The notes beneath the pieces are model-generated. The model had not been told where the DNA came from and made no database searches. It saw only the letters and a program-made list of their open reading frames with translations. A stretch of DNA of 33,184 nt from Meiothermus sp. (GTDB lineage: Bacteria; Deinococcota; Deinococci; Deinococcales; Thermaceae): the NCBI GenBank assembly GCA_033762915.1, contig JANRLD010000020.1, positions 1 through 33,184 of the forward strand. The letters are read 5' to 3'. The position numbers and the translations under genes were made by a program. Positions within the stretch are counted from its first letter, which is position 1. The number at the start of each line of letters is the position of its first letter. Below, one piece after another: positions 1-8,937 of the stretch.

Positions 1-156
1 GGGCCGGGGGTATCGACCCTCCCCATCCAGATGCTGATCTACATGGAGCAAAACTTCGACCCCTCGCTGGCAGCGCTCTCCACGGTACTGATCCTCTTCT
101 CCATCGTGGTGGTGCAGGTCACCGAGCGACTGCTGGGGATTTCCAAGTATGTCTGA
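1..156 (+). CDS. ABC transporter permease (PotC-like), C-terminal part, truncated by the window edge
   Basis: Frame 1 reads GPGVSTLPIQMLIYMEQNFDPSLAALSTVLILFSIVVVQVTERLLGISKYV*, a typical PotC/FbpB-type C-terminal TM segment. The stop overlaps the ATPase start. Confidence 0.85.
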   Translation, partial: GPGVSTLPIQMLIYMEQNFDPSLAALSTVLILFSIVVVQVTERLLGISKYV

Positions 157-1141
157 CTTCCTACGCCTCGAGAACCTGACCCTTTCCTACGCCAAGGGCT
201 CCGCCGCCGTAGAGAACCTCTCGCTCGGTGTGGCCGAGGGCGAGTTGGTCAGCCTGCTGGGGCCGTCGGGCTGTGGCAAGACCACCACCATGCGCGCCAT
301 CGCGGGACTACTCGAGCCCAGGTCGGGCCGGGTCTGGCTGGGCGGAACCGAGATCACCCACCTGCCCGCCAACCGCCGCGACATCGGGATGGTCTTCCAG
401 AGCTATGCGCTGTTTCCCCACCTGTCCGCCTTCGAGAACGTGGCCTTCGGGCTTCGGCTGCGGAAGGTGGAGCGGGGGGAACTCGAGCGCCGGGTGATGG
501 AGGCACTAAAGGTTGTAGGACTCTCCGAGTTTGCCAATCGCCTGCCCGCGCAGCTTTCGGGCGGGCAGCAGCAGCGGGTGGCGCTGGCGCGGGCCTTCGT
601 GATCCGGCCCCGGCTGCTGCTCTTGGACGAGCCGCTCTCCAACCTCGACGCCAAGCTGCGCCTCGAGATGCGCTCCGAGCTGCGCCGCATCCAGCGCGAG
701 CTGGGCATCACCATGCTCTACGTCACCCACGACCAGGGCGAGGCCCTGGCCCTCTCCGACCGCATCGTGATCATGCGGCTGGGCCAGATCGAGCAGATGG
801 GCAGCCCGGAAGACATCTACGCCCGCCCCCAAACCGCCTTCGTGGCCAACTTCATGGGCTGGGACAACCTCTACCCGGCCGAGAAGCTGAAGGGACACAT
901 CGGCCTCGAGGGCAGCCCGGCCCAGGTCGCCTGGCGGCCCGAGTCCGTACCGGTGGGCGCGGGCAGCCTGAGCGGGCGGGTGCTGGCGAGAACCTACCAG
1001 GGCGAGACGGTGGAGTACCTGCTCGAGGCCCCCTTCGGCCATGTCAAAGCGGTGGTGCCGGTAACTGCCGCGCAGTGGAAGGAAGGCCAGACGATAGCGT
1101 TCGGGTTGCCGATGGAGAAGGCGGCACTGCTCTCGAGGTAG
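149..1141 (+). CDS. ABC transporter ATP-binding protein (PotA/Fe-polyamine family)
   Basis: Walker A GPSGCGKTT, signature LSGGQQQRVALARA, Walker B LLLLDEP, H-loop VTHDQ, and a TOBE-like C-terminus. Confidence 0.95.
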   Translation: MSDFLRLENLTLSYAKGSAAVENLSLGVAEGELVSLLGPSGCGKTTTMRAIAGLLEPRSGRVWLGGTEITHLPANRRDIGMVFQSYALFPHLSAFENVAFGLRLRKVERGELERRVMEALKVVGLSEFANRLPAQLSGGQQQRVALARAFVIRPRLLLLDEPLSNLDAKLRLEMRSELRRIQRELGITMLYVTHDQGEALALSDRIVIMRLGQIEQMGSPEDIYARPQTAFVANFMGWDNLYPAEKLKGHIGLEGSPAQVAWRPESVPVGAGSLSGRVLARTYQGETVEYLLEAPFGHVKAVVPVTAAQWKEGQTIAFGLPMEKAALLSR

Positions 1142-1268
1142 TTCGCAGCATTATCCGCACGAATGGGCGACGGTTTACCCTAACGATCCCACCCGACCTG
1201 CGGTCTACTGCCATTGCCAAGATAGTGCTTTGTGTTTTCATATGCGGTCATTCCATGTAGTTTGCAGA

Positions 1269-1570
1269 CGTCGTGAGGGGATCAGCTCGAGGGGACTCGG
1301 AATCTTGAGTTCCACTGCCGCACTGTAACCCCTGCTTCGCGCGGGTGACTCGAGTTGCCGGGCCTTTTGCCGCAACTCGAGTGCAACGCGACACCTCCCC
1401 TGAGCCGGTCGCCCAAGGGGAGACAAGAACCCGCCGAACTTGCCTCCCCTTGGGCGTTCGGGAGGCAGCACGAGGGACAGCAACTCGCGTCGCCGCACCC
1501 GTCAGGGGAGGTGGCGCGCCGAATCCGGTTTGCCGAACAAAGCCCCGCAACTTCCCTAACCGGCGCGACG
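1269..1570. ncRNA. Candidate ~300-nt structured RNA (unidentified)
   Basis: Nested long stems between convergent genes: 1348-1358/1372-1382 (11 bp), 1392-1403/1502-1513 (12 bp), 1410-1422/1444-1456 (13 bp), and closing stem 1269-1275/1564-1570. No credible ORF. Confidence 0.45.
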
Positions 1571-1595
1571 GAGGGGTCGGACAGGACCTCGAGCC

Positions 1596-2477
1596 TCACG
1601 CCGACTTGCTGTCCGGCACAGTCTGCACCTTCGGCGCGGACCCGACCGGCAGCGTCCCAATAAGCAGGGCGGCAAGAACCAGACCCCCGCCCAGCCAGTC
1701 CACAGCGCTCAGCACCTCGCCAATCCAAAGGAAGGCGAGGACGCTGGCGAAGACCGGCTCGAGGATAAACAACAGCCCCGCCAGGTAGGCGGGCACGGCC
1801 CGCTGGGCCCAGACCTGTAAAACGGTGGGCAGCGAGGTGCACACGATGCCCAGGTAGAGCACCACCAGCCAGGTTTGGGGCTCGAACTCCAGCACCCTGG
1901 GCAGGTGGGGCCAGGCCCACACGACCGTCACCGCGGTCATAACCAGGTACTGGGTCTGGGCGATTACCAGGGCCGAGGTCTTGCGGGCCACCTCGCCCAC
2001 GTAGGCGATGTAGAAGCTGAAGAAGACGGCGCCCGCCAGACACCACAGGTCACCGGGGTTGACCCCGCTCTGGCCGGCCAGAGTCATCAGGCCAAGGCCC
2101 AGCAGCGCGACCCCGGTCGCGGCGTATATCCGCCCCGGCACCGCCCGCCGGAACAGCCACACGCTCACCAGCGGCGCGCCCAGCGCGTTGAGCGAGGCGA
2201 TGAAGGCGGCCTTGGAGGCCGAGGTGGAGGTGAGGCCGATCAGCAGGCAGATGAAGCCGCAGGTGGCGAGGAGGCCCAGCCACAGGCCGGGCAGGCGCGA
2301 GTGGCGGTCGGGGCGGACCCAGGCCAGGCTGGCCAGGGCCAGACTCGAGCGCAGTGCTGCCAGCAGCGCCACCGGGATCAGGCCCAGAGTATCCTTGGTG
2401 ACCACAAAGCTCGAGGCCCAGATCACGGTGATGACGACCATGGTGAAGAGGCCCCAGGCGAAGGTCACGGCGGCCAT
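1596..2477 (-). CDS. DMT/EamA family transporter
   Basis: About 10 hydrophobic helices in two EamA repeats (IWASSF..., GDLWCL..., LEPVFA). Confidence 0.93.
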   Translation of the reverse strand: MAAVTFAWGLFTMVVITVIWASSFVVTKDTLGLIPVALLAALRSSLALASLAWVRPDRHSRLPGLWLGLLATCGFICLLIGLTSTSASKAAFIASLNALGAPLVSVWLFRRAVPGRIYAATGVALLGLGLMTLAGQSGVNPGDLWCLAGAVFFSFYIAYVGEVARKTSALVIAQTQYLVMTAVTVVWAWPHLPRVLEFEPQTWLVVLYLGIVCTSLPTVLQVWAQRAVPAYLAGLLFILEPVFASVLAFLWIGEVLSAVDWLGGGLVLAALLIGTLPVGSAPKVQTVPDSKSA

Positions 2478-2538
2478 CTTATCCCACGGGAGGCGTGCGT
2501 CGGGGCACGACCTTTATAGTTGGGGGAAGGAGCCAACC

Positions 2539-4239
2539 ATGAAACCCCTCGATTTACTCGTCCACAATGCGCAGATCGCCGACGTGGTTCGGCTGCGGCT
2601 CTACCGGGGCTGGGTCGGAATCGCCCAGGGCCAGTTCTGCTACGTCGAGGCCGGCGAGCCCCCCGCTGGGGTCACGGCCCAGACCATCCTGGATGCCGCT
2701 GGCCTGATCCTGGCCCCCGGCCTCATCGACGCCCACATGCACGTCGAGTCCAGCCTGACCAGCCCGCGCCGCTTCGCCGAGGCGGTGATCCCACACGGGA
2801 CCACCGCTATCCTCGCCGACCCCCACGAGATCGCCAACGTGCTGGGCGCGCGGGGCATCCGCTGGATGATGGAGGCGGCCAAGGGGCTGCCGCTGCGCAC
2901 CTTCACCGCCATCCCCAGCTGCGTCCCCGCCACCGACCGCAGCCTCGAGACCGTCCTGGGCTCGATCTCCGCCGACAACGTCCGGGAGTTGGCTGGGGAA
3001 CCGGAGGTCATCGCTCTGGGGGAACTGATGGACTACCAGGGCTTGGCCATGGGCTCGTCGCAGCTCGAGGGGCTGATCGCGGCGGCCAGGGAGGCTGGGC
3101 TGCTGCTCGAGGGGCACACCCCGACCCTGCTGGGCCCGACGCTCTCCGACTACACCGCCCACGGCATCACCTCCGACCACACCCTCTCCACCCCCGAGAA
3201 GCTCCTGGAACAGCTCACCAAGGGCTACACGGTGATGCTCCAGGCCAAGTCGCTCAACGCGCGGGTGGTGGAGGCGGTGCGCGAACTGCCGGAGCGCTCG
3301 AGGGTGCTGCTGACCACCGACGACGTGATGCCCAACCAACTGCACCGCGGCCACATGTCCAGCCTGATCCAGATGGTCACAGAACTGGGCTGGGACCCGA
3401 TGGACGCCCTGGCCTCGGCCACGCTGCGGCCGGCCACCTACCTCCGGCGCAGCGAGCTGGGGGTGGTCGCACCTGGCCGGCGGGCCGACTTCCTGCTGCT
3501 CGAGGGGCTCACCACGTTCCCGCCGGCGGCGGTCTACGTCGACGGGCAGAAGGTCGCCGAGGGGGGAACGTCCCTTTTCGACCTGCCCCCGCCCCCCGCC
3601 CCGCCGGTCGGCGGAGAACTGCGCCGCCGGCCGTTCAGGCCTGCCGACTTCCACTTCCAGATATCCGACGGCCCGCACACCATCAACCTGATGGCCATGA
3701 ACCAGAGCAACACCTTCACGGCCCTGGAGACCCGCCCCGTCCGGTTCGCAGGCGGCCAGCCCGAGACCGGGGAGAACCTGATGACCGTGGCGGTGCTGAT
3801 GCGTCAGGGGGATGGGCCTGCCGCGCTGGGACTGCTGGCCAACTACGGGCTGAGCGAGGGGGCCTTCGCCAGCACCCTGGCCCACGACAGCCACAACTTT
3901 ATCGTGGCCGGGCGCAGCGCCGAGGCCATGGCCGAGGCCGCCAACCGGGTGCTCGAGCTCGGCGGCGGAATGAGCCTGGTGGCGGGTGACCAGACCTACG
4001 ACCTCGCGCTGCCCATCGTGGGCCTGCTCTCCGACGAGCCGGTGGCGGCCACCGGGGCGCAGTTCGAGCGGATGGAGCAGGCCCTGCGCCAGCGGGGCGT
4101 CCAGCACGCCTACCCGGTACTGTTCCTGACCCTGCTGGCCCTCACCGTCAGCCCCGCCGTGAAGATGTCCGACCGGGGCCTGGTGGACGTGGAGCGGCGG
4201 CGGTTGATGAAGGTCGTGGAGGGCGGGCCGAGCGCCTAA
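2539..4239 (+). CDS. ade: Adenine deaminase
   Basis: HMHVES, DPHEIANV, GH, DH, TDD and AHDSHN motifs. Start moved to ATG 2539, which follows an AAGGAG RBS. Confidence 0.9.
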   Translation: MKPLDLLVHNAQIADVVRLRLYRGWVGIAQGQFCYVEAGEPPAGVTAQTILDAAGLILAPGLIDAHMHVESSLTSPRRFAEAVIPHGTTAILADPHEIANVLGARGIRWMMEAAKGLPLRTFTAIPSCVPATDRSLETVLGSISADNVRELAGEPEVIALGELMDYQGLAMGSSQLEGLIAAAREAGLLLEGHTPTLLGPTLSDYTAHGITSDHTLSTPEKLLEQLTKGYTVMLQAKSLNARVVEAVRELPERSRVLLTTDDVMPNQLHRGHMSSLIQMVTELGWDPMDALASATLRPATYLRRSELGVVAPGRRADFLLLEGLTTFPPAAVYVDGQKVAEGGTSLFDLPPPPAPPVGGELRRRPFRPADFHFQISDGPHTINLMAMNQSNTFTALETRPVRFAGGQPETGENLMTVAVLMRQGDGPAALGLLANYGLSEGAFASTLAHDSHNFIVAGRSAEAMAEAANRVLELGGGMSLVAGDQTYDLALPIVGLLSDEPVAATGAQFERMEQALRQRGVQHAYPVLFLTLLALTVSPAVKMSDRGLVDVERRRLMKVVEGGPSA

Positions 4240-4384
4240 GCCATGCCTGCCGTACCCGCGGCCCGCGGCACAATCGACCCCACGGGCGTTGTGTTCCGGG
4301 TTTAGTGAAGAGGCCAGGAAGACACCCAGCGCTGCACCTGCCCCCAGCCCTTTTGCCCTTGACTCCTGGCCCCGGCCCCCGACA

Positions 4385-4390
4385 TATACT
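4385..4390 (+). promoter_or_regulatory. -10 element of a leaderless transcript
   Basis: TATACT-ctgccc-ATG. Confidence 0.6.
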
Positions 4391-4396
4391 CTGCCC

Positions 4397-5554
4397 ATGA
4401 CCGACGCCCAGCTTTACTCGGAAAAGCTCGAGCAAGCCCAGCGCCTCCTCGAGCCCGGCCAGCTCTGGCTGATCGCCACGCGGGAGAACCTCGAGCAGGC
4501 CGAGCCCGGGCTGGCGCTGATCAGCCCGGCGCACCTGACCTGGGACACCTTCTTTCTGGTGACCCGGGAGGCCGCCACCGCGATCGCGGGGCGCTTCGAC
4601 GCGGCCAGCATCTCGGGCGACTGGCGGGTGCTGAGCTACGACGAGGACTACGGCGAACTGCTGCGCGCGGAGGTCGGGAAGGTTAATCCCTCACAGATTC
4701 TGCTCAACTTCGCGCCAGACAACCCCCTGTGCGACGGGCTGACCCACGGGATGTTTTTGAACATCCAAAACGCCCTGCCGGGCCGGAGCTTCGAGTCGGC
4801 CTCGAGCCTTCTTTCCACCTTACGCTCGGTCAAAACCCCCGCCGAGGTGGCCCGCATCCGGGCCGCCGTGGCCCGGGCCGAGGACGACCTCGAGGCCATG
4901 CGCAAGGTGGTGCGGGCAGGCTGGACAGAGCGTCAGGTCGAAGCCTTTGTCCATGCCCGCATCCGGGCCGACGGGCTGGAACCGGCCTGGGGCTGGACGG
5001 GCTGCCCCAACGTCAGCCTCGCCCGGATGCCCGCCCACGCCGGAGCCATGGACGGGGTGTTACAGCCGGGGATGCTGATGCACACCGACTACGGGGTGAA
5101 GCTGAACGGCTACTGCTCGGACGTGCAGCGGGTTTATTACCTGCCCAAATCCGGTGAGGGGGTTCCAGCCGAACTGACTCGAGCCTTCCAGACGGTCTGG
5201 AACGCCGTCCTGGCCGCCGCCAGCGCGCTGAGGCCCGGCGCCCGGGGCTACGAGGTGGACGCAGCGGCCAGGGCGGTCGTCGTGGGCGCGGGCTACCCCG
5301 AATACAAGTACGCCACCGGCCACGGCCTGGGCCGCGCAACCCACGACGGCGGAACGCTGCTGGGGCCGCGCTGGCCCCGGTATGGCGGGGCGCCCGAGGG
5401 CCTTGTGCTCGAGGGCCAGGTCTACACCCTCGAGCTGGGCGTGATGCTGGAGGGTATCGGCTACGTGGGCCTCGAGGAGGACGTGCTGGTCAAAGCGGAC
5501 GGGGTGGAGTGGCTCTCGAGGCGGCAGGACCAGGTCTATATACTCGAGGGGTGA
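4397..5554 (+). CDS. M24 family Xaa-Pro aminopeptidase/dipeptidase
   Basis: Pita-bread metal ligands: D-G, YCSD, GHGLG..HD, TLE, LEED. ATG 4397 lies 6 nt after TATACT (leaderless). Confidence 0.92.
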   Translation: MTDAQLYSEKLEQAQRLLEPGQLWLIATRENLEQAEPGLALISPAHLTWDTFFLVTREAATAIAGRFDAASISGDWRVLSYDEDYGELLRAEVGKVNPSQILLNFAPDNPLCDGLTHGMFLNIQNALPGRSFESASSLLSTLRSVKTPAEVARIRAAVARAEDDLEAMRKVVRAGWTERQVEAFVHARIRADGLEPAWGWTGCPNVSLARMPAHAGAMDGVLQPGMLMHTDYGVKLNGYCSDVQRVYYLPKSGEGVPAELTRAFQTVWNAVLAAASALRPGARGYEVDAAARAVVVGAGYPEYKYATGHGLGRATHDGGTLLGPRWPRYGGAPEGLVLEGQVYTLELGVMLEGIGYVGLEEDVLVKADGVEWLSRRQDQVYILEG

Positions 5555-6081
5555 GCGAGAAGAAAAAGCCCGTGGGGGCGCTACCGTCGCAGCGCGGGGT
5601 CTGGCTGCGGGCGGGCCTGCTGGCTCTGGCCTTGCTGATGGTGCTGTTGCTGCTGGCGGCCTACCGCAACTGGCTGGTCGCCCCGACCCTGCCCCAGGCC
5701 CTCGACCCCCGACCCAGGGAGTTCACCCTCCCCGACTACCTGCCCGAGGGCCAGGCCCAGGCCCGCTTTGACCTGTACTCCGAGTCGGAGACCGGCCCCG
5801 GCCGCCAGAGCAAGCAGTCCGGCCTGGTGGTGCGCTGGGGATACGAGAACAAGGGCTTCTGGCAGATCATCGCCAGCTGCCGCGAGGTGAGGCGGGGCGT
5901 GCCGGGCGAGTTCGGCGGGCGGGTGCTGGACATCGCCCGGTGCGACGGGCAGACCTTTACCCTGGTTGCCGAGGGCCGGGGCCTGCAGATCCGCCGCGGC
6001 GGGGTGGATGCCGGCGCGGTGATGTGGCAACAGGCTCTGCCCGAGGGCTTCGTCTCGAGGATTGTGCGCGAGCAGGAGTAG
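5551..6081 (+). CDS. Hypothetical membrane-anchored protein
   Basis: GTG start overlaps the upstream stop (GTGA) and lies 6 nt after TATACT. One N-terminal TM helix and GC3-biased codons. Confidence 0.7.
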   Translation: MSEKKKPVGALPSQRGVWLRAGLLALALLMVLLLLAAYRNWLVAPTLPQALDPRPREFTLPDYLPEGQAQARFDLYSESETGPGRQSKQSGLVVRWGYENKGFWQIIASCREVRRGVPGEFGGRVLDIARCDGQTFTLVAEGRGLQIRRGGVDAGAVMWQQALPEGFVSRIVREQE

Positions 6082-6270
6082 GCCCCCGCTCGAGACCTCC
6101 CGACCCCGGTGCCCCGATCACCTGGGTCGGGGCTGCGTGCCTGGAAGTGGGGTTCCAAGAGCCGGCCTGGCCTCATCCCCAGCTCCGGCCCGTAATTTGA
6201 ACCTCGAGCCGGGCGAAATGCAGCTAAATTACTTTTTATACCGGGTACGCCGGGGCAGGGGATCGGCCAG

Positions 6271-6840
6271 ATGCAGCAGCTCGCGGAGGAAATCACACAA
6301 GCGGTGAGGGCCCAGCAGACGGTGGGCCTCTACTTCACCTGGAACAACCGGGGCGAGTACCGCTCCGGCTTCGTGCTGATCGCCCGCGGCGAGTTGGCCC
6401 AATTGGCAGTGCAGAACAAAACCGGCAAGGCCGGGATGCTCGAGCTAAGGGGCCTCGAGCCGCGTGAGGTGGTGGTCTGCCCCCTCGACGACTCCCCCCG
6501 CCTCAGAGACGCCGACGTGCCCAAAACCGCCGAACTGCTGGCCCTGCTAAAGTCCGATACGGCCCAGCCCGTCGCGGCTCCCCTGCCCATACCTCCGGTA
6601 AGCGCCGGGCCGACCCAAAGGCGCGGGCAGTCCACCGACGCGCTGGTGCAGGGGGTTCAGGCTCTGTTGGTCGAGCGGATGGGGCCCGGCTCGCTGCGCG
6701 AGCTCCCCCGGATCGCTGCCCTGCACCCCCCTGACACCCAGCCCATGCAGTTCCTCGACGCGTGCCAGAAGCTGCTTGAGCCCAAGCTGGGCCGCCAGAA
6801 AGCTGCGCGCCTCTTTGACTCGCTGCGGATGACGGTGTGA
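6271..6840 (+). CDS. Hypothetical two-domain protein (N-terminus resembles DUF4388/PATAN-like)
   Basis: N-terminal beta-rich domain (SGFVLIARGELAQL), Pro-rich linker, helical C-terminal domain. Confidence 0.65.
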   Translation: MQQLAEEITQAVRAQQTVGLYFTWNNRGEYRSGFVLIARGELAQLAVQNKTGKAGMLELRGLEPREVVVCPLDDSPRLRDADVPKTAELLALLKSDTAQPVAAPLPIPPVSAGPTQRRGQSTDALVQGVQALLVERMGPGSLRELPRIAALHPPDTQPMQFLDACQKLLEPKLGRQKAARLFDSLRMTV

Positions 6841-6906
6841 CCACGGACCCCACACCTACCCCCACGCAGGCGGTTGGCGGTGTGGGGTAATCGTGGGACC
6901 GCGGTT
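6839..6906 (-). repeat. REP-like imperfect palindrome, copy 1
   Basis: The reverse complement accgcggtcccacgattaccccacac...gggtag aligns with 17024-17082. Lies between convergent genes. Confidence 0.7.
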
Positions 6907-8518
6907 AGTTCAGACTTCCCAGCCCGCCCTCGAGGTTGATCCCTGGCACATGGCCGCCCTCGAGGTACAGACCGCGCCAAGCGTCCTGGTTGGTGTAGAA
7001 GCCGCTCAGACCGCCGGTGTTACTGCCCGCGCTCTCGAAGCCAGGGCGGATGAACTGGCGGATGGTGCCGGGGTCGCCGGGGGCCTTGTCGGGGGGCAGG
7101 GGGTCGCCGTAGAGGTCGGTCCAGAAGTAGCCGTCGCGGGTGCCGTCACGGAGGTCTTGGGCCTCGATTTCGCGGGTATAGCGCACCTTGAGGTTGTTGA
7201 AGTGGATGGTGCGGAGGTCGGCCTCGGAGCCGGTGACCTTGGCGGCGGTACAGCTCATGTCGTTGCAGCCGGTGGCCGGGTTACGGATGTCAATCCCCAT
7301 CCCCAGGCCGCCGAAGCTCATCCCCAGGCTTTTGCTTAGGCCACCGTCCCACTGCTCGTAACCGCCCCGGTCGTTGTCGCCGTTAAAGACCCGCAGCCGC
7401 TTGCTGGCGTTGGTCTGGTTGGCGATCTGGGCTTGGCTCTCGAGCTGGCCGGTGCGGGGGTTGACCGGGCAGGACACGTCAACTGTAGGGTTGTTGTCCT
7501 GGTTGGACTTGGTGGCCCCGAAGTCGCCCTTGTAGCCCAGTTCGGCCTGGAGTTGGCCGGTCTTAAGGTCGGTGACTGCCACCACCACGGTGTGGAAGCG
7601 CGCGCAGGCCCGGCTCACTACCCCGGTCTCGGAGTGGATGTTGACGTACCAGCCCAGGTTGGTGCCCTCCTGGCGCACCGCGAAGCCCTTAAAGCCCACG
7701 TGCAGTTCGGCCTGGCCATTGAAGAGCTTGGCCACGTAGCCGAAGGCCGGCTTGTAGCCCACCAGCGAGGGGTCGGAGCCGTGGTCGTGGGCGTAGTAGC
7801 ACCAGTAGATAGGGTCGATTTGAGGATGCCAGGTCTTGTAGTCCGCGCCATCGGGGGCACTAACCCCATAGACCTGGCGCAGCGTCCAGGCGTTCTCGAG
7901 CCAGCTCGGGCAGTCCTGGTTGGGCAGGGGCTTCTCGCCTGCAGCGATGCCAGGGGGCAGGGGGGGCTCGCTCGAGGGCGCTCCGCCCTGCTCAGCCAGC
8001 AACACAAAGTAGCCGTCGCCCTGGGGGCCGGGCGAGCCCAGCGCGATCTCGCCCGCCGGGAACTCCTTAGTGAAGACATTCTGCGTCTTGCCCGAGATGG
8101 TCAGGCTACCCCTGTTCCAACCCGACAGCCACAGCTCGTTACGCTCCCACACCACCGCCACCTTGGCGGGCCGACTGAGCTGGATGCGCAGCCAGTCGCT
8201 GCGGTTCTCGCTGCGCAACCAGCCCGGAATGTCCAGCACGTCCCAGCCCTCGTAGCCCTGGAACTTGGACTGCCGGGGTTGGTAGGTCAGGCCCCAGTAC
8301 TCGGGCCGGTCGCCCTTCTCGATGCGGTAGTAGCGGGCCACCAGGGGGGCCGCGCTGCGGCTAAAGCTATAGGGGGCCTTGTATAGCGGGTGCTCGGTCA
8401 GCACCGAGGCCAGGGACGGCAGGGGCTGGGAGTTGGCCCCGCTGCCCAGCGAGGTGCAGGCGGAAAGGATGGCGGTGAGGCCGATTAGGCTGAGGCAGGT
8501 CGAAAGCTTGGTGTACAT
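6905..8518 (-). CDS. Uncharacterised lipoprotein (537 aa)
   Basis: ATG 8518 follows GGAGG. Lipobox LSAC. His/Cys-rich motif TWHPQIDPIYWCYYAHDHGSDP. Confidence 0.85.
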   Translation of the reverse strand: MYTKLSTCLSLIGLTAILSACTSLGSGANSQPLPSLASVLTEHPLYKAPYSFSRSAAPLVARYYRIEKGDRPEYWGLTYQPRQSKFQGYEGWDVLDIPGWLRSENRSDWLRIQLSRPAKVAVVWERNELWLSGWNRGSLTISGKTQNVFTKEFPAGEIALGSPGPQGDGYFVLLAEQGGAPSSEPPLPPGIAAGEKPLPNQDCPSWLENAWTLRQVYGVSAPDGADYKTWHPQIDPIYWCYYAHDHGSDPSLVGYKPAFGYVAKLFNGQAELHVGFKGFAVRQEGTNLGWYVNIHSETGVVSRACARFHTVVVAVTDLKTGQLQAELGYKGDFGATKSNQDNNPTVDVSCPVNPRTGQLESQAQIANQTNASKRLRVFNGDNDRGGYEQWDGGLSKSLGMSFGGLGMGIDIRNPATGCNDMSCTAAKVTGSEADLRTIHFNNLKVRYTREIEAQDLRDGTRDGYFWTDLYGDPLPPDKAPGDPGTIRQFIRPGFESAGSNTGGLSGFYTNQDAWRGLYLEGGHVPGINLEGGLGSLN

Positions 8519-8902
8519 GGGGACAACACCTCCGTGGAATCTCCTGCACGCTGCCCGCTGCCCACGGGCTGGCGCTGCCCCTGGCGGGGCTCGAGTTTGC
8601 ACCACTCCTATTTGGGAAGGTACAGCACTCGAGGGGGGTCTTTCGGCTGGATTAACCCAACCTCAAGAACGTGACTCAGAAAGACGGGGCCGCGTTACCT
8701 GCCTCGAGGCCGAGCGTTATCTGGCACGAGTCCAATTGTGGTGCGAGCTACCTCAAGGCCCTTACAGAGCCTCCCGAGAGGGCCGAAGGTGGGAGGCGCT
8801 CGCGCCGCTCACAGTCCCCTACCCTAAAGCCTCGGCACGCCAAGGAGGCCTCGAGGGTCGAACCGGGGAGCGGCCGCTGCGGTGCGTAACCGCTCTGCCG
8901 CC

Positions 8903-8931
8903 TTGCCAAATTCGGGCCGTTTTGCTACCCT
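8903..8931 (+). promoter_or_regulatory. SigA-type promoter for the rtcB leader
   Basis: TTGCCA (8903-8908), 17-nt spacer, TACCCT (8926-8931), with an extended -10 TGn (8923-8925). Confidence 0.6.
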
Positions 8932-8937
8932 CTAACC

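Noticed and set aside
1290..1330. Cobalamin riboswitch-like 'ctgccgcactgtaa'
   Set aside because: No B12 box (GCCACUG...GGGAAG) in the right order, and no downstream gene on the same strand.
1269..1570. RNase P RNA, tmRNA or group II intron identity
   Set aside because: Lacks GAGGAAAGUCC/ACAGAACCCGGC, tRNA-like ends with CCA, and domain V.
2059..2538. N-terminal extension of the 726-aa adenine deaminase ORF
   Set aside because: It is antisense to the DMT gene, and the RBS supports a start at 2539.
2520..4398. Long alternative-frame and antisense ORFs (489 and 614 aa, and similar ones throughout)
   Set aside because: Shadow ORFs caused by high GC3 bias, with no recognisable motifs.
8721..8740. 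Sigma-54 promoter (TGGCAC) as in RtcR-controlled rtcBA
   Set aside because: No -12 TTGC at the required spacing and no rtcR nearby.
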